A DNA stretch of 64,000 nt from Rickettsiales bacterium (lineage in GTDB: Bacteria > Pseudomonadota > Alphaproteobacteria > Rickettsiales > RGZB01): positions 322,612 through 386,611 of the forward strand of contig JBIKVZ010000002.1 of the NCBI GenBank assembly GCA_044356525.1, read 5' to 3'. Position 1 is the stretch's first letter, and each line of letters starts with the position of its first letter. Below, piece by piece: positions 55,580 to 64,000 of the stretch. The notes beneath the pieces are model-generated. The model was given only the letters and a program-made list of their open reading frames with translations, did not search any database and was not told the origin of the DNA. The position numbers and the translations under genes were made by a program.

Positions 55580-56179
55580 ATGGCGAAGCCCAAGCAAATA
55601 AAATCGTTTAAAGAGCAGCTCGGCAACGGCTATTTTGAAGGCCAGTTGTTAATCGCGACGCCTGCACTTACCGACGGCTGCTTTACGCGTTCGGTCATTT
55701 ACCTTTGCCAGCATAATGATGAAGGTGCGATGGGGCTTATCATCAATCAGAAACTTGAAAAAACGGACGCTAAAAAAATATTGGAGCAGTTCAGTGTGAA
55801 GTGGCCGAAAAGCACCAAGCAAATCGCCGTGCGTTTTGGTGGCCCGGTGGATATGGTGCGTGGCTTTGTGCTTCACTCTACCGACTACACAAACCCTAAT
55901 ACCTACATCATCAACGAGTCGCTCGCGCTCACATCCAGCGTTGATATTTTAAAGGACATGGCAGCGGGCAAGGGGCCTCAAAAAGGCATGCTAGCCTTAG
56001 GTTACACGGGCTGGACATCTGCGCAGCTTGAAAAAGAAATTGAAGAAAATAGCTGGTTCACTGCGCCTGCCACGCCGGAAATTATTTTCGATGAAGATGA
56101 CGGCACCAAGTGGGAGCGTGCAGCAGAATCTGTCGGCGTGAACTTATTAAAATTCTCGCCCGAAGCCGGCCACGCTTAA
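55580..56179 (+). CDS. YqgE/AlgH family protein
   Basis: 199-aa ORF. GQLLIATPALTDGCFTRSVIYLCQHNDEGAMGLIINQ is the characteristic N-terminal block. Confidence 0.85.
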   Translation: MAKPKQIKSFKEQLGNGYFEGQLLIATPALTDGCFTRSVIYLCQHNDEGAMGLIINQKLEKTDAKKILEQFSVKWPKSTKQIAVRFGGPVDMVRGFVLHSTDYTNPNTYIINESLALTSSVDILKDMAAGKGPQKGMLALGYTGWTSAQLEKEIEENSWFTAPATPEIIFDEDDGTKWERAAESVGVNLLKFSPEAGHA

Positions 56180-57444
56180 GCAGCAAAACGCTTCAATATT
56201 TTTTTATATTCCGGCACATGGCTCACATCACCTAGGGCAGTGATGGTTGCCTTCTTACCGATGAAAGTTTGCTTCGCCATGCGCTGAAGCATATTGATAT
56301 CGAGCGCTTCCACCTTTGCGAGCACTTCCTCGCTGGGGATATGCCTGCCGTGGCAAATAATATGCCTGCCGATTTCCTCTGCCAGCGTGCCGCAATTTTC
56401 TTTGTCCATCAGCAGGCTCGATTTTACCTGCGCTTTGGCGCGCGCGAATTCATCGACGCTGATGTTATGCGTGCTTTCGAGGAGCACATCGGTCACTGCG
56501 TCCACCAACTCCTGCGCTTTGTCGGCAGATGTTCCGGCATACAGGCTCCATAGCCCCGCGTCGGTATAGCTTGAGTGGAAGCTGTGGATGGTATAGGCAA
56601 GTCCGCGTTTCTCGCGGATTTCCTGAAACAGGCGCGACGACATACCGCCGCTGAGCACCGTGTTTAAAATCTGCATGGCGTAGAGCGCATCGCCATCATA
56701 CGGCACGCCTTCAAAGCCCATCATGAAGTGCAGCTGCTCTAAATCTTCTGTTTTTCGGCAATCGCCGCCTTCGTAGCGTGCTTTTACCTCTTTTTCAGCC
56801 GTTTTTGTAGCAATGGACGGGTCAGCCCAAAACTGCTCCACAAGGGCTAAAGTCTGCTTATGAGTGATGTTTCCTGCCGCTGCAATCACGGTATTCTGCG
56901 GCTGGTAGCGGTTTTTGTAATAACGCTCCAGCGTATCGCGCGGCATCGTGCCAATAATTGCTTCCGTGCCGAGCACAGGGCGGCCCACTGGTTGTTCGGG
57001 GAAGCAGCTAGCCTGGTGGTAATCGTAAATAATATCGTCTGGTGTATCGAAAGACTGGCCGATTTCCTGCACGACAACGCCACGCTCCAGCGCGAGCTCT
57101 TTTTCATCTAGCGTAGAATTCTGCACCATATCAATCAGCACATCGAAGGCCAGCGTTGCGTGTTCTTTCAGTACTTTGCCGTAGTAAACCGTGTGTTCAC
57201 GCGTGGTGTAAGCATTCACATGCCCGCCCACATTGTCGAATGCTTCGGCGATTTGCAGGGCGTTGCGTTTCTTCGTGCCTTTGAACAGCATGTGTTCTAG
57301 CAGGTGCGAAATGCCGTTTTCTTCCGGTACTTCATTGCGCGTACCCGTATCCGTCCAGATGCTCACAGCAGCGGTTTCCATCCCCGTCATGGGCAGGGTG
57401 GCGATGCGCAATCCATTTTTATATGTCGTGATTTCTGTTTTCAT
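56176..57444 (-). CDS. M16-family zinc peptidase (pitrilysin / MPP-like)
   Basis: 422-aa ORF with the inverted zinc motif HLLEHMLFKGT and a downstream E. Confidence 0.85.
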   Translation of the reverse strand: MKTEITTYKNGLRIATLPMTGMETAAVSIWTDTGTRNEVPEENGISHLLEHMLFKGTKKRNALQIAEAFDNVGGHVNAYTTREHTVYYGKVLKEHATLAFDVLIDMVQNSTLDEKELALERGVVVQEIGQSFDTPDDIIYDYHQASCFPEQPVGRPVLGTEAIIGTMPRDTLERYYKNRYQPQNTVIAAAGNITHKQTLALVEQFWADPSIATKTAEKEVKARYEGGDCRKTEDLEQLHFMMGFEGVPYDGDALYAMQILNTVLSGGMSSRLFQEIREKRGLAYTIHSFHSSYTDAGLWSLYAGTSADKAQELVDAVTDVLLESTHNISVDEFARAKAQVKSSLLMDKENCGTLAEEIGRHIICHGRHIPSEEVLAKVEALDINMLQRMAKQTFIGKKATITALGDVSHVPEYKKILKRFAA

Positions 57445-57453
57445 TACAATTAT

Positions 57454-58842
57454 TTACAGCCTATCTTTAATGTATTGCTTTACGGCACCTAAGGTATCCG
57501 CACCAGTGTGATAACGCTCTTCTTTTTGCATGATGCCCTTCATGTGGGGTGGCAGTGGCGCGGCATCAATCCCCGTGTCATGAAACGCAGTCGGAAACTT
57601 TGCCGGATGCGCGGTTGCCAGCGTTACCATTGGCACATTTTTATCCCATTGGCGGATTTTAGCGGCGCGAATACCTGTGGCTGTGTGTGGGTCCACCACG
57701 AAATGGATGGCCTTATGCACATCCATAATCTCGGTTTTGGTGTCAGTATCATTGGTGGCATAACTATCAAACACGGCTTTTACTTTTTTCAGCACATCGG
57801 GTGCCACTTTCAGGCTGCCGCTTGTTTTAAAGTCCTGCATCAGCTTGGCAACGGCCTTGCCATCGCGGCCATGCACCTCGAACAGCAAGCGTTCAAAGTT
57901 GCTGGAAATCTGAATATCCATGCTTGGGCTTATCGTCGGCTTCACACCCTTCATGCTGTAATCATTCGCTTCAAAGAAGCGGTGCAGGATGTCATTCGCG
58001 TTGGTGGCCACAATCAGCTGGCTGATGGGCAAACCCATTTCACGCGCGATGTAGCCGGCAAAAATATCACCGAAATTTCCCGTAGGCACGCTGAAAGCCA
58101 CGGTTTTTGTTCCTTCCGGCAGTTGCAGGTACGCTGCGAAATAATACACAATCTGCGCCATGATGCGCGCCCAGTTGATGGAATTTACCGCCACCAGTTT
58201 TTTTCCACCTGCAAATTCAGGGTGGTTAAACATGTCTTTCACCATGTTCTGGCAGTCGTCAAACGTGCCATCTACAGCGATGTTAAACACGTTATCCTGC
58301 AGCACCGTCGTCATCTGGCGGCGCTGAATATCGCTCGTGCGGTTATGCGGGTGCAGCATGAAAATCTTCACATGCTTCGAGTGGCGGCAGCCTTCAATGG
58401 CGGCGGAGCCTGTGTCGCCAGAGGTTGCGCCCACAATCACCACGTCTTGCTTGCGCTTGGCCAGCACATGGTCGAGCATGCGGCCCAGTAATTGCAGGGC
58501 GAAGTCTTTAAACGCCAGCGTGGGGCCGTGATACAGTTCCAGAAGATAGTGGTTCTGGAACAGTTTGCGCACGGGCGCCACTTTCTTGTCGCCGAAGCCC
58601 TTGTAGCTTTCCGCGACAATCTGTTTGAAGGCTTTTTCCTCAATTGCACCCACCACGAATGGTGCCATCACTTTAAAGGCCAGTTCGGTGTAAGGCAGTG
58701 TGCGCCAGCTTTCGATATCCTTCAGGCTGAAATGGGGGGTGGATTCTGGCATATACAGCCCGCCATCGGGCGCAAGGCCGCTGGTCAGAATATCCTGAAA
58801 CTCAAGGGCGGGGCTTTGCCCGCGCGTGCTGATATAGCGCAT
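57454..58842 (-). CDS. thrC: Threonine synthase
   Basis: 462-aa ORF with MRYISTRG, the PLP-lysine region HGPTLAFKDFALQ and GATSGDTGSAA. Confidence 0.9.
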   Translation of the reverse strand: MRYISTRGQSPALEFQDILTSGLAPDGGLYMPESTPHFSLKDIESWRTLPYTELAFKVMAPFVVGAIEEKAFKQIVAESYKGFGDKKVAPVRKLFQNHYLLELYHGPTLAFKDFALQLLGRMLDHVLAKRKQDVVIVGATSGDTGSAAIEGCRHSKHVKIFMLHPHNRTSDIQRRQMTTVLQDNVFNIAVDGTFDDCQNMVKDMFNHPEFAGGKKLVAVNSINWARIMAQIVYYFAAYLQLPEGTKTVAFSVPTGNFGDIFAGYIAREMGLPISQLIVATNANDILHRFFEANDYSMKGVKPTISPSMDIQISSNFERLLFEVHGRDGKAVAKLMQDFKTSGSLKVAPDVLKKVKAVFDSYATNDTDTKTEIMDVHKAIHFVVDPHTATGIRAAKIRQWDKNVPMVTLATAHPAKFPTAFHDTGIDAAPLPPHMKGIMQKEERYHTGADTLGAVKQYIKDRL

Positions 58843-58854
58843 TTTCTGCTCTGT

Positions 58855-60348
58855 TTAAGCGAGGTAGCGGTTTTTAAGGTGTGTTTTATACACCTCGGCA
58901 TCCAGCGTTTTGCCGGTCGCTTGTTTTATCAACTCATCGGCGGTCAGTCTAGCGCCTTGTGAGTGCACATTGGCCTGCAGCCATGCCACCAGTGGCTTGA
59001 AATTGCCCTTTTCGATGCCAGGAACGATGGTTTTGCTCTGTTTTTTGGCGGCGGCAAACAATTGCGCGGCATTCATGGCACCCAGCGTATAGGTCGGGAA
59101 ATAGCCAAACGAGCCGGAAGGCCAGTGCACGTCCTGCATGCAGCCGTCTTTGTCATTCGGCACGGTTACGCCGAGCAATGCCTTAATTTGCTTTTTCCAT
59201 GCGGCGGGCACGTCTTTAAATTCCATGTCGCCTTCCACCAGCAGCTTTTCCATTTCGTAACGCAAAATGACATGGGCGGGGTAGGTCACTTCATCGGCAT
59301 CCACGCGAATCAATCCGGGTTTCACCTGCGTATAAATGCGGTAGAGATTATCTGTGCTCCATGCACTGCCTGTGCCACCAAACGCTTTCTTTAAAATCGG
59401 TGCGGCATATTTTAAAAAGTGCTGGCTGCGGCACACCTGCATTTCCACCAGCAGAGACTGGCTTTCATGAATGCTCATGCCGAGCGCTTGGCCCACGGGC
59501 TGTTCGTAGTATTTTTCTGGCAGACCGAACTCATACAGCGCATGGCCGGTTTCGTGCAGCACGCCCATCAGGGCAGATGTAAAATCGCGCTCGTTATAAC
59601 GGGTGGTGATGCGCACATCGCCATACACGCCGCCGCAGAACGGGTGATGGCTGATGTCGAGCCTACCGCGTGTAAAGTCAAAACCTAGCGCTTCCATAAA
59701 GCGCGTGCCGACTTTTTTTTGCGTGGCGGCGGGGAAGGTGCCTTTTAAGGGCTGAATGGCAGGCTTCTTTTCTTGGTGCGCCAGTACATCATCTAAAAAT
59801 CCGGGTAGGAATTTTTTCAGGTCAGCGAATAGAGCGTCAATGCGTTTGCTGGTTTGACCGGGGTCATACGTATCAAGCAGCGCATCATAGCGGCTGCATT
59901 TAAAAGCACTGGCTTTTTGCTTCGCCACTTCGCGCACCAGCCCCAGCACTTTGTGTTGCAGTGGCAGGAATTCTTTAAAGTTATTGTCTTTGCGAAGGGT
60001 GCGCCACGCGTGTTCACAATGGTTGCTGGCGATGACGAGTTTTTCAATAAGTGAGGGGTCGACTGCTGTGGCATGCAACCACTGGCGGCGCATCAGTTTT
60101 AGGTTTGCTTGCTGCCACAGATTGAGCTTCGCTGAGTTTTTTTCAGCAGCGGAAATCAGCTGCTTCATTTCAGGCGCGATCAACATTTCATGAGCGAGGC
60201 CTTCCAGCGTCGCCAGCGTATTGCTACGCGGGCTATTGCTGTTGTCGGGCATCATGGTGGCTGCATCCCATCCTAAAATGGCGGCCGCTCCGCCGAGGCG
60301 ATACATCTTCGTAAAACGCGACTCCAGCGCAGCGTAAGCTTGCGTCAT
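58855..60348 (-). CDS. Carboxypeptidase Taq-like metallopeptidase (M32)
   Basis: 497-aa ORF with HETGHALYE, HESQS and DRITTRY-like (VRITTRY) motifs. Confidence 0.85.
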   Translation of the reverse strand: MTQAYAALESRFTKMYRLGGAAAILGWDAATMMPDNSNSPRSNTLATLEGLAHEMLIAPEMKQLISAAEKNSAKLNLWQQANLKLMRRQWLHATAVDPSLIEKLVIASNHCEHAWRTLRKDNNFKEFLPLQHKVLGLVREVAKQKASAFKCSRYDALLDTYDPGQTSKRIDALFADLKKFLPGFLDDVLAHQEKKPAIQPLKGTFPAATQKKVGTRFMEALGFDFTRGRLDISHHPFCGGVYGDVRITTRYNERDFTSALMGVLHETGHALYEFGLPEKYYEQPVGQALGMSIHESQSLLVEMQVCRSQHFLKYAAPILKKAFGGTGSAWSTDNLYRIYTQVKPGLIRVDADEVTYPAHVILRYEMEKLLVEGDMEFKDVPAAWKKQIKALLGVTVPNDKDGCMQDVHWPSGSFGYFPTYTLGAMNAAQLFAAAKKQSKTIVPGIEKGNFKPLVAWLQANVHSQGARLTADELIKQATGKTLDAEVYKTHLKNRYLA

Positions 60349-61176
60349 TTAGCGCGGGCTCCTGCGGTAGGCAAAATACATACCAGCAATTGCAATCGCT
60401 AGAACATACCATGTGATGGCATATTGCAGATGGTCATTCTCGATACGAATTTTTTTCTCCGGCACGATAGGCAAATCACCTTCTTTTTTTCCAAAAACAA
60501 CATGTGTTTGAGCAAAAATAACCGGGTAGATGCGTCTACCTGGGTTACGTTCCGCGAGATATGCCATCAAGTCCTGTTCATCGGCCCATAGCCACAAATT
60601 TTCTTTTGGGTTATTGTTAGGAAGGAACACCCATGGCTCATCAAAAACCCAGCCAATCCCATTCAGTAGCTGTACGTCATTTCTTAAAGATTCTGGGCGC
60701 GTGGCAGGGTCGGTTTTATCCTTAGGCACCCACCCACGATTTACTAAAATAATAGAGTTATCTTGAAGTAGTAGTGGCGTTAAAATATAGGCCCCTTGTT
60801 TGTTCTTCAAGTATTTACCCTGCAAAACAATTTCTTGGTCATGCAGAAAGAAACCACCTGCAATGAGGCGGCGGAACGTTAAATCTTTTTTTGTATAATC
60901 TGAGACTTTGGGGAGCAACAATGGAAGGGCAGCAGTCTGTTCAGAGACAGATTTCTCTAGTGTGTTTTTCCAAACCAAACGCTTCACTTGCCATGTACCC
61001 AGACCCAGCAGGCCGATAAATACAACTAAGCAGAACAAAGTAAAAAACGGTGAAACCGTTGCGGTTTTTGCTTCGGGCTTTACAGCTTTGCGAGCAGGCT
61101 GATTTTGAATGGGCTGCTTAGGCGCTGGCGATTTTCTTTTAACCGAGCTTTTTTTGCGGCTTTTTGCCTTTGGCAT
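60349..61176 (-). CDS. SURF1-family cytochrome oxidase assembly protein
   Basis: 275-aa ORF with two terminal TM spans, GTWQVKRLVWK and VNRGWVP. It is positioned after ctaE. Confidence 0.8.
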   Translation of the reverse strand: MPKAKSRKKSSVKRKSPAPKQPIQNQPARKAVKPEAKTATVSPFFTLFCLVVFIGLLGLGTWQVKRLVWKNTLEKSVSEQTAALPLLLPKVSDYTKKDLTFRRLIAGGFFLHDQEIVLQGKYLKNKQGAYILTPLLLQDNSIILVNRGWVPKDKTDPATRPESLRNDVQLLNGIGWVFDEPWVFLPNNNPKENLWLWADEQDLMAYLAERNPGRRIYPVIFAQTHVVFGKKEGDLPIVPEKKIRIENDHLQYAITWYVLAIAIAGMYFAYRRSPR

Positions 61177-61256
61177 GGCGGTTCTCCGTCTGGTTTAAGC
61201 CCAGACAGTCTAAACCGAAATCGCGTTGCAATAAATAGCGATTTCTAATTTATGAA

Positions 61257-62078
61257 TTAATTAGCGCCCCACCAGTATACGAACACGAACAGGAACAGCC
61301 ACACCACGTCCACGAAATGCCAGTACCAGGCGGCAAATTCGAAGCCAAGGTGGTGTTTGGGGGAGAGTTGGCCCTTCATGGCGCGAAGCAGGCATACCAG
61401 CAGGAAAATGGTGCCAATCAGCACGTGTACGCCGTGGAAACCCGTCGCCATATAGAAGTTTGAGCTATAAATGCCGTCTTTAAAGCCAAAAGCGGCATGG
61501 TGATACTCATAAATCTGCACACAGGTGAAGCTGAAACCCAGTGCTACCGTGGCGATAAGCCCGCGGATAACGTCCCTGCGGTTGTCGGTCAGCAGGGCGT
61601 GGTGCGCCCAGGTTACCGTGGTGCCAGAAAGCAGCAAAATCAGTGTGTTAATAAAGGGCAGGTCGAAGGCTTCAAGCGTTACAATGCCTTCAGGCGGCCA
61701 AATACCGGCCTTAACAGGCCATACGCCTTCAAGAAGCTCAACAGGTGCCAGAGATGCTTTAAAAAACGACCAGAAGAATGCAAAAAAGAACATCACTTCG
61801 GAAAGGATGAACAACGCCATACCGAGGCGGAGGCCAAGCTGCACCACAGAAGTGTGGCTTGAAGGCTTCATTGCACCTTCGCGAATCACGTCGCGCCACC
61901 ATACGAACATTACATATAGCGCAATCGCAGTGCCGAGCAGAAGAATTGGCAGGCCGCCAGGTACTTTATGAAAGAACATCGCTGCGCCAGAAGGCATAAT
62001 CAGCAGCGCCAGAGCACCCAAAAGGGGCCAAGGGCTCGGGTCAACCAAGTGATAATCATGCTGCTTGTGCGATGCCAT
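61257..62078 (-). CDS. ctaE: Cytochrome c oxidase subunit III
   Basis: 273-aa ORF. HDYHLVDPSPWPLLGA...GFHGVHVLIGTIFL...WYWHFVDVVWLFLF is classical COX3. Confidence 0.92.
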   Translation of the reverse strand: MASHKQHDYHLVDPSPWPLLGALALLIMPSGAAMFFHKVPGGLPILLLGTAIALYVMFVWWRDVIREGAMKPSSHTSVVQLGLRLGMALFILSEVMFFFAFFWSFFKASLAPVELLEGVWPVKAGIWPPEGIVTLEAFDLPFINTLILLLSGTTVTWAHHALLTDNRRDVIRGLIATVALGFSFTCVQIYEYHHAAFGFKDGIYSSNFYMATGFHGVHVLIGTIFLLVCLLRAMKGQLSPKHHLGFEFAAWYWHFVDVVWLFLFVFVYWWGAN

Positions 62079-62106
62079 GTAAAAACCTTCCTTGAAACCA
62101 AAAAAG

Positions 62107-62685
62107 CTATGACGAATCTTTTACCTTAAAAAACGTGTAAGACAAGGTAATTGTTGTTATATCGTCCATTTTTTTGTCTGTCATAATTGCCGGATCGATA
62201 AAAAATGAGACTGGCATTTCCATGGATTCATTGGGCTTCAATGTCTGGTTTTCAAAGCAGAAGCACTGGATTTTCTGGAAATAAATTCCGGCCTTATTCG
62301 GCGTCACGTTATAAATTGCCGTACCTTTGGTGGCTTCATTCGTAAGGTTCTTTGCATGGAAGAAGGCAAGCTTTCGCTCACCCACGCGCAGCTTCAGTTG
62401 TTTTTGCTCAGGGTAAAATTCCCACGGCAGGTCAGGGCTGATGTCGGCATTGAAGCGAATGGTGATTTCACGGTCATAGATTTTCTTTGGCGCTTCTTTT
62501 GCCACCTGTGTGGTGCCACCGAATCCGGTCACGCGGCAGAACAGGTCATATAAGGGCACGGACGCGTAGGCGAGGCACACCATGCCGACCACAATAGCAG
62601 CGATGCCAAGCGCAAGCGATTTGTTGGCTTTTTGCTGTTGCTGCTGTTTGGCGGCGCGGCCTTTTGAGGGTGGGCGGGCGGCCAT
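62107..62685 (-). CDS. ctaG: Cytochrome c oxidase assembly protein CtaG/Cox11
   Basis: The Cu-binding motif FQKIQCFCFENQTL and an N-terminal TM span. The start is trimmed to ATG 62685. Confidence 0.85.
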   Translation of the reverse strand: MAARPPSKGRAAKQQQQQKANKSLALGIAAIVVGMVCLAYASVPLYDLFCRVTGFGGTTQVAKEAPKKIYDREITIRFNADISPDLPWEFYPEQKQLKLRVGERKLAFFHAKNLTNEATKGTAIYNVTPNKAGIYFQKIQCFCFENQTLKPNESMEMPVSFFIDPAIMTDKKMDDITTITLSYTFFKVKDSS

Positions 62686-62689
62686 AGCG

Positions 62690-62812
62690 CTACAAGCCAG
62701 TTTTAATTTTGACGATGGTAATGGTAAAGAAGAGTGCGACCACACCAAGCAGAATCAGCAGTAGCGCAAGGTTCTTCTGCTTTTTATCTTTATGCTGTTT
62801 GCTATAGGGCAT
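62690..62812 (-). CDS. Possible 40-aa single-TM protein between ctaB and ctaG
   Basis: MPYSKQHKDKKQKNLALLLILLGVVALFFTITIVKIKTGL from ATG 62812. It overlaps the ctaB stop by 11 nt. The longer track ORF (to 62920) lies inside ctaB in another frame. Confidence 0.35.
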   Translation of the reverse strand: MPYSKQHKDKKQKNLALLLILLGVVALFFTITIVKIKTGL

Positions 62813-63743
62813 AAGGCACCGCAAAGCTGAAAATCTTATCCACCAGCAGCAGTGAAAACAGAACAAAAAGATACACGATGGAATAGCCGAAGGCTTGCAT
62901 CGCTTCCCGTTCACCGCCACTTACGAAAAGTCGCACACTGTGCCATATAAAAATACCACTGAAGGTTGCAGCGCCCACCAGATAAATAATGCCAGAAAAG
63001 CCAAGTAGGCTTGGTGCAAGGCTGAGTGGCGCGAGCAGCAGCGTGTATATTAAAATCTGCTTTTTGGTTTCGGCTTCACCTGCAACGACTGGCAGCATGG
63101 GGATGCCGGCCTTCGCATAATCTTGGCAGCGATAGAGCGCAAGCGCCCAGAAGTGCGGCGGCGTCCACATAAAAATAATGGCGAACAGCACCAGTGGGGA
63201 AAGGCTGATATCACACGTTACGGCAGCCCAGCCAATCATTGGTGGGAAAGCGCCTGCGGCGCCGCCAATCACGATGTTCTGTGGGGTGCGCGGCTTCAGC
63301 CACATTGTATAGATGAACACATAAAACAAAATGGCTGCCAGCAGCAGTGCGGCAGCAACAAAATTCACGGCGACCGCCATAATGAAAACCGAGCTGAACG
63401 CCATCATCACCGCATATTCAATGGCGGTGGAAGGCAGCATACGGCCCGCAGGCAGTGGGCGATTTTTGGTGCGTTTCATTTTTGCATCCAGCTCGCGCTC
63501 ATACCACATGTTAATCGCACCCGATGCGCCTGAGCCAAGTGCGATGCAGAAAATAGCCACCGCTCCGATGAAGGGATGAATGTTACCTGGCGCTAAAGCC
63601 ATGCCGACAAAACCCGTGAACACCACGAGGGACATCACTCCGGGCTTTAGCAGCTCCACGAAGTCGCGCACGCTTGCGCCGCTTAACGAAGCGGCGGGAG
63701 TGTACAATGCTTTGGAAGCTGCACTTGCCATAATGAAATCCAA
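62802..63743 (-). CDS. ctaB: Protoheme IX farnesyltransferase (heme O synthase)
   Basis: 313-aa polytopic ORF of the UbiA family, with NMWYERELDAKMKRTKNRPLPAG and TPPHFWALAL. Confidence 0.9.
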   Translation of the reverse strand: MDFIMASAASKALYTPAASLSGASVRDFVELLKPGVMSLVVFTGFVGMALAPGNIHPFIGAVAIFCIALGSGASGAINMWYERELDAKMKRTKNRPLPAGRMLPSTAIEYAVMMAFSSVFIMAVAVNFVAAALLLAAILFYVFIYTMWLKPRTPQNIVIGGAAGAFPPMIGWAAVTCDISLSPLVLFAIIFMWTPPHFWALALYRCQDYAKAGIPMLPVVAGEAETKKQILIYTLLLAPLSLAPSLLGFSGIIYLVGAATFSGIFIWHSVRLFVSGGEREAMQAFGYSIVYLFVLFSLLLVDKIFSFAVPYAL

Positions 63744-63789
63744 AAAAGTTTGGAAGGGAAGTGGTTAAAAGCACTTCCCTTCACCAACA

Positions 63790-64000
63790 TTATTTAATGG
63801 TTGGGATTTTTTCGAAGCTGTGGAATGCCGGAGGAGAAGGTAGAGTCCATTCCAGCGTATCAGCGCCTTTGCCCCATGGGTTTGCAGGTGCTTTCTTACC
63901 GAACTTCAGCGAGTAAAGCGCGATGAAGACGAACAGAATAGCGGCACCAAAACCAATGTAAGAGCCGATGGAAGAAACATAGTTCCAGCCTGCATACGCA
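63790..64000 (-). CDS. ctaD: Cytochrome c oxidase subunit I, C-terminal 69 codons (5' part lies outside the window)
   Basis: Not in the ORF track. My reverse translation gives [69 protein letters not shown], with the stop at 63790-63792. This is a typical COX1 C-terminus. Confidence 0.85.
   Translation of the reverse strand, partial: AYAGWNYVSSIGSYIGFGAAILFVFIALYSLKFGKKAPANPWGKGADTLEWTLPSPPAFHSFEKIPTIK

Noticed and set aside
57508-58491. Long antisense ORFs inside well-supported genes: 57508-58491 in thrC, 44864-45511 in the kinase gene, 21124-21738 in hscA, 28918-29631 in kdsD, 42366-42908 in gpsA, 30233-30811 in lptA and 35171-37714 in acnA.
   Set aside because: These are typical stop-poor antisense frames of moderately GC-rich genes. 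Their composition is low-complexity and they have no motifs, while the sense genes are unambiguous.
61218-61244. Hairpin AAATCGC...GCGATTT, plus a second hairpin GTCTGG...CCAGAC, between ctaE and SURF1 as a terminator.
   Set aside because: The stems are short, the U-tract is weak, and the flanking genes are functionally linked and probably co-transcribed. This is not strong enough to report as a feature.
1-64000. Search for CRISPR arrays, rRNA, IS elements, integrons, reverse transcriptases and toxin-antitoxin pairs.
   Set aside because: No regularly spaced direct repeats, no transposase/integrase/RT-like ORFs and no rRNA-like sequence were recognised on either strand.

Overview
The window reads as a chromosomal segment of an alphaproteobacterium. 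This taxonomic call is an inference from a PopZ/DUF2497 protein, AddA, the kdsD-lptCAB-rpoN-hpf block, ccmAB, and the ctaD-ctaB-ctaG-ctaE-SURF1-thrC-M16 peptidase block. About 60 protein genes and 2 tRNAs (Pro-CGG, Thr-CGU) are supported. I found no rRNA, CRISPR array, transposase or integrase. Most of the window is housekeeping: a folK-folP fusion, tolC, pyrCB, bcp, glnE, tyrS, anmK, a complete cysE-iscR-nifS-iscSUA-hscBA-fdx operon, trxA, addA, acnA, gpsA, oxyR/ahpCD and cytochrome oxidase biogenesis genes. Accessory or decayed patches interrupt this core. (1) 34.8-35.1 kb holds a phage Mu-F-like fragment where ptsN would normally follow hpf. (2) 39.2-40.7 kb holds a chimeric ORF joining a two-partner-secretion exoprotein N-terminus to a 2OG-oxygenase C-terminus, an orphan terminator, a DUF1853 nuclease-like gene and a long AT-rich palindrome. 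(3) 43.4-47.3 kb holds a sensor kinase paired with a receiver fused to an RsbW-like kinase domain. (4) 47.3-51.0 kb, next to tRNA-Pro, is an AT-richer envelope cluster: a His-motif polytopic membrane protein broken at a T8 tract, a TIMP-like exported protein with an in-frame TAG, and a GT-C-like glycosyltransferase with an 87-bp tandem duplication. (5) 53.5-55.6 kb, around tRNA-Thr, holds a GNAT, a membrane-anchored protein and a pseudo-hydrolase. Other notable signals are a roughly 50-codon AT-rich in-frame insertion in tyrS, a near-consensus sigma-54 promoter upstream of rpoN itself, and an IscR-type operator ahead of the isc operon. I did not recognise a clear new multi-gene system such as a defence island. 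The best candidates for new biology are the 47.3-51.0 kb envelope cluster and the adjacent two-component pair. All family assignments come from motif recognition by eye, with no database search.
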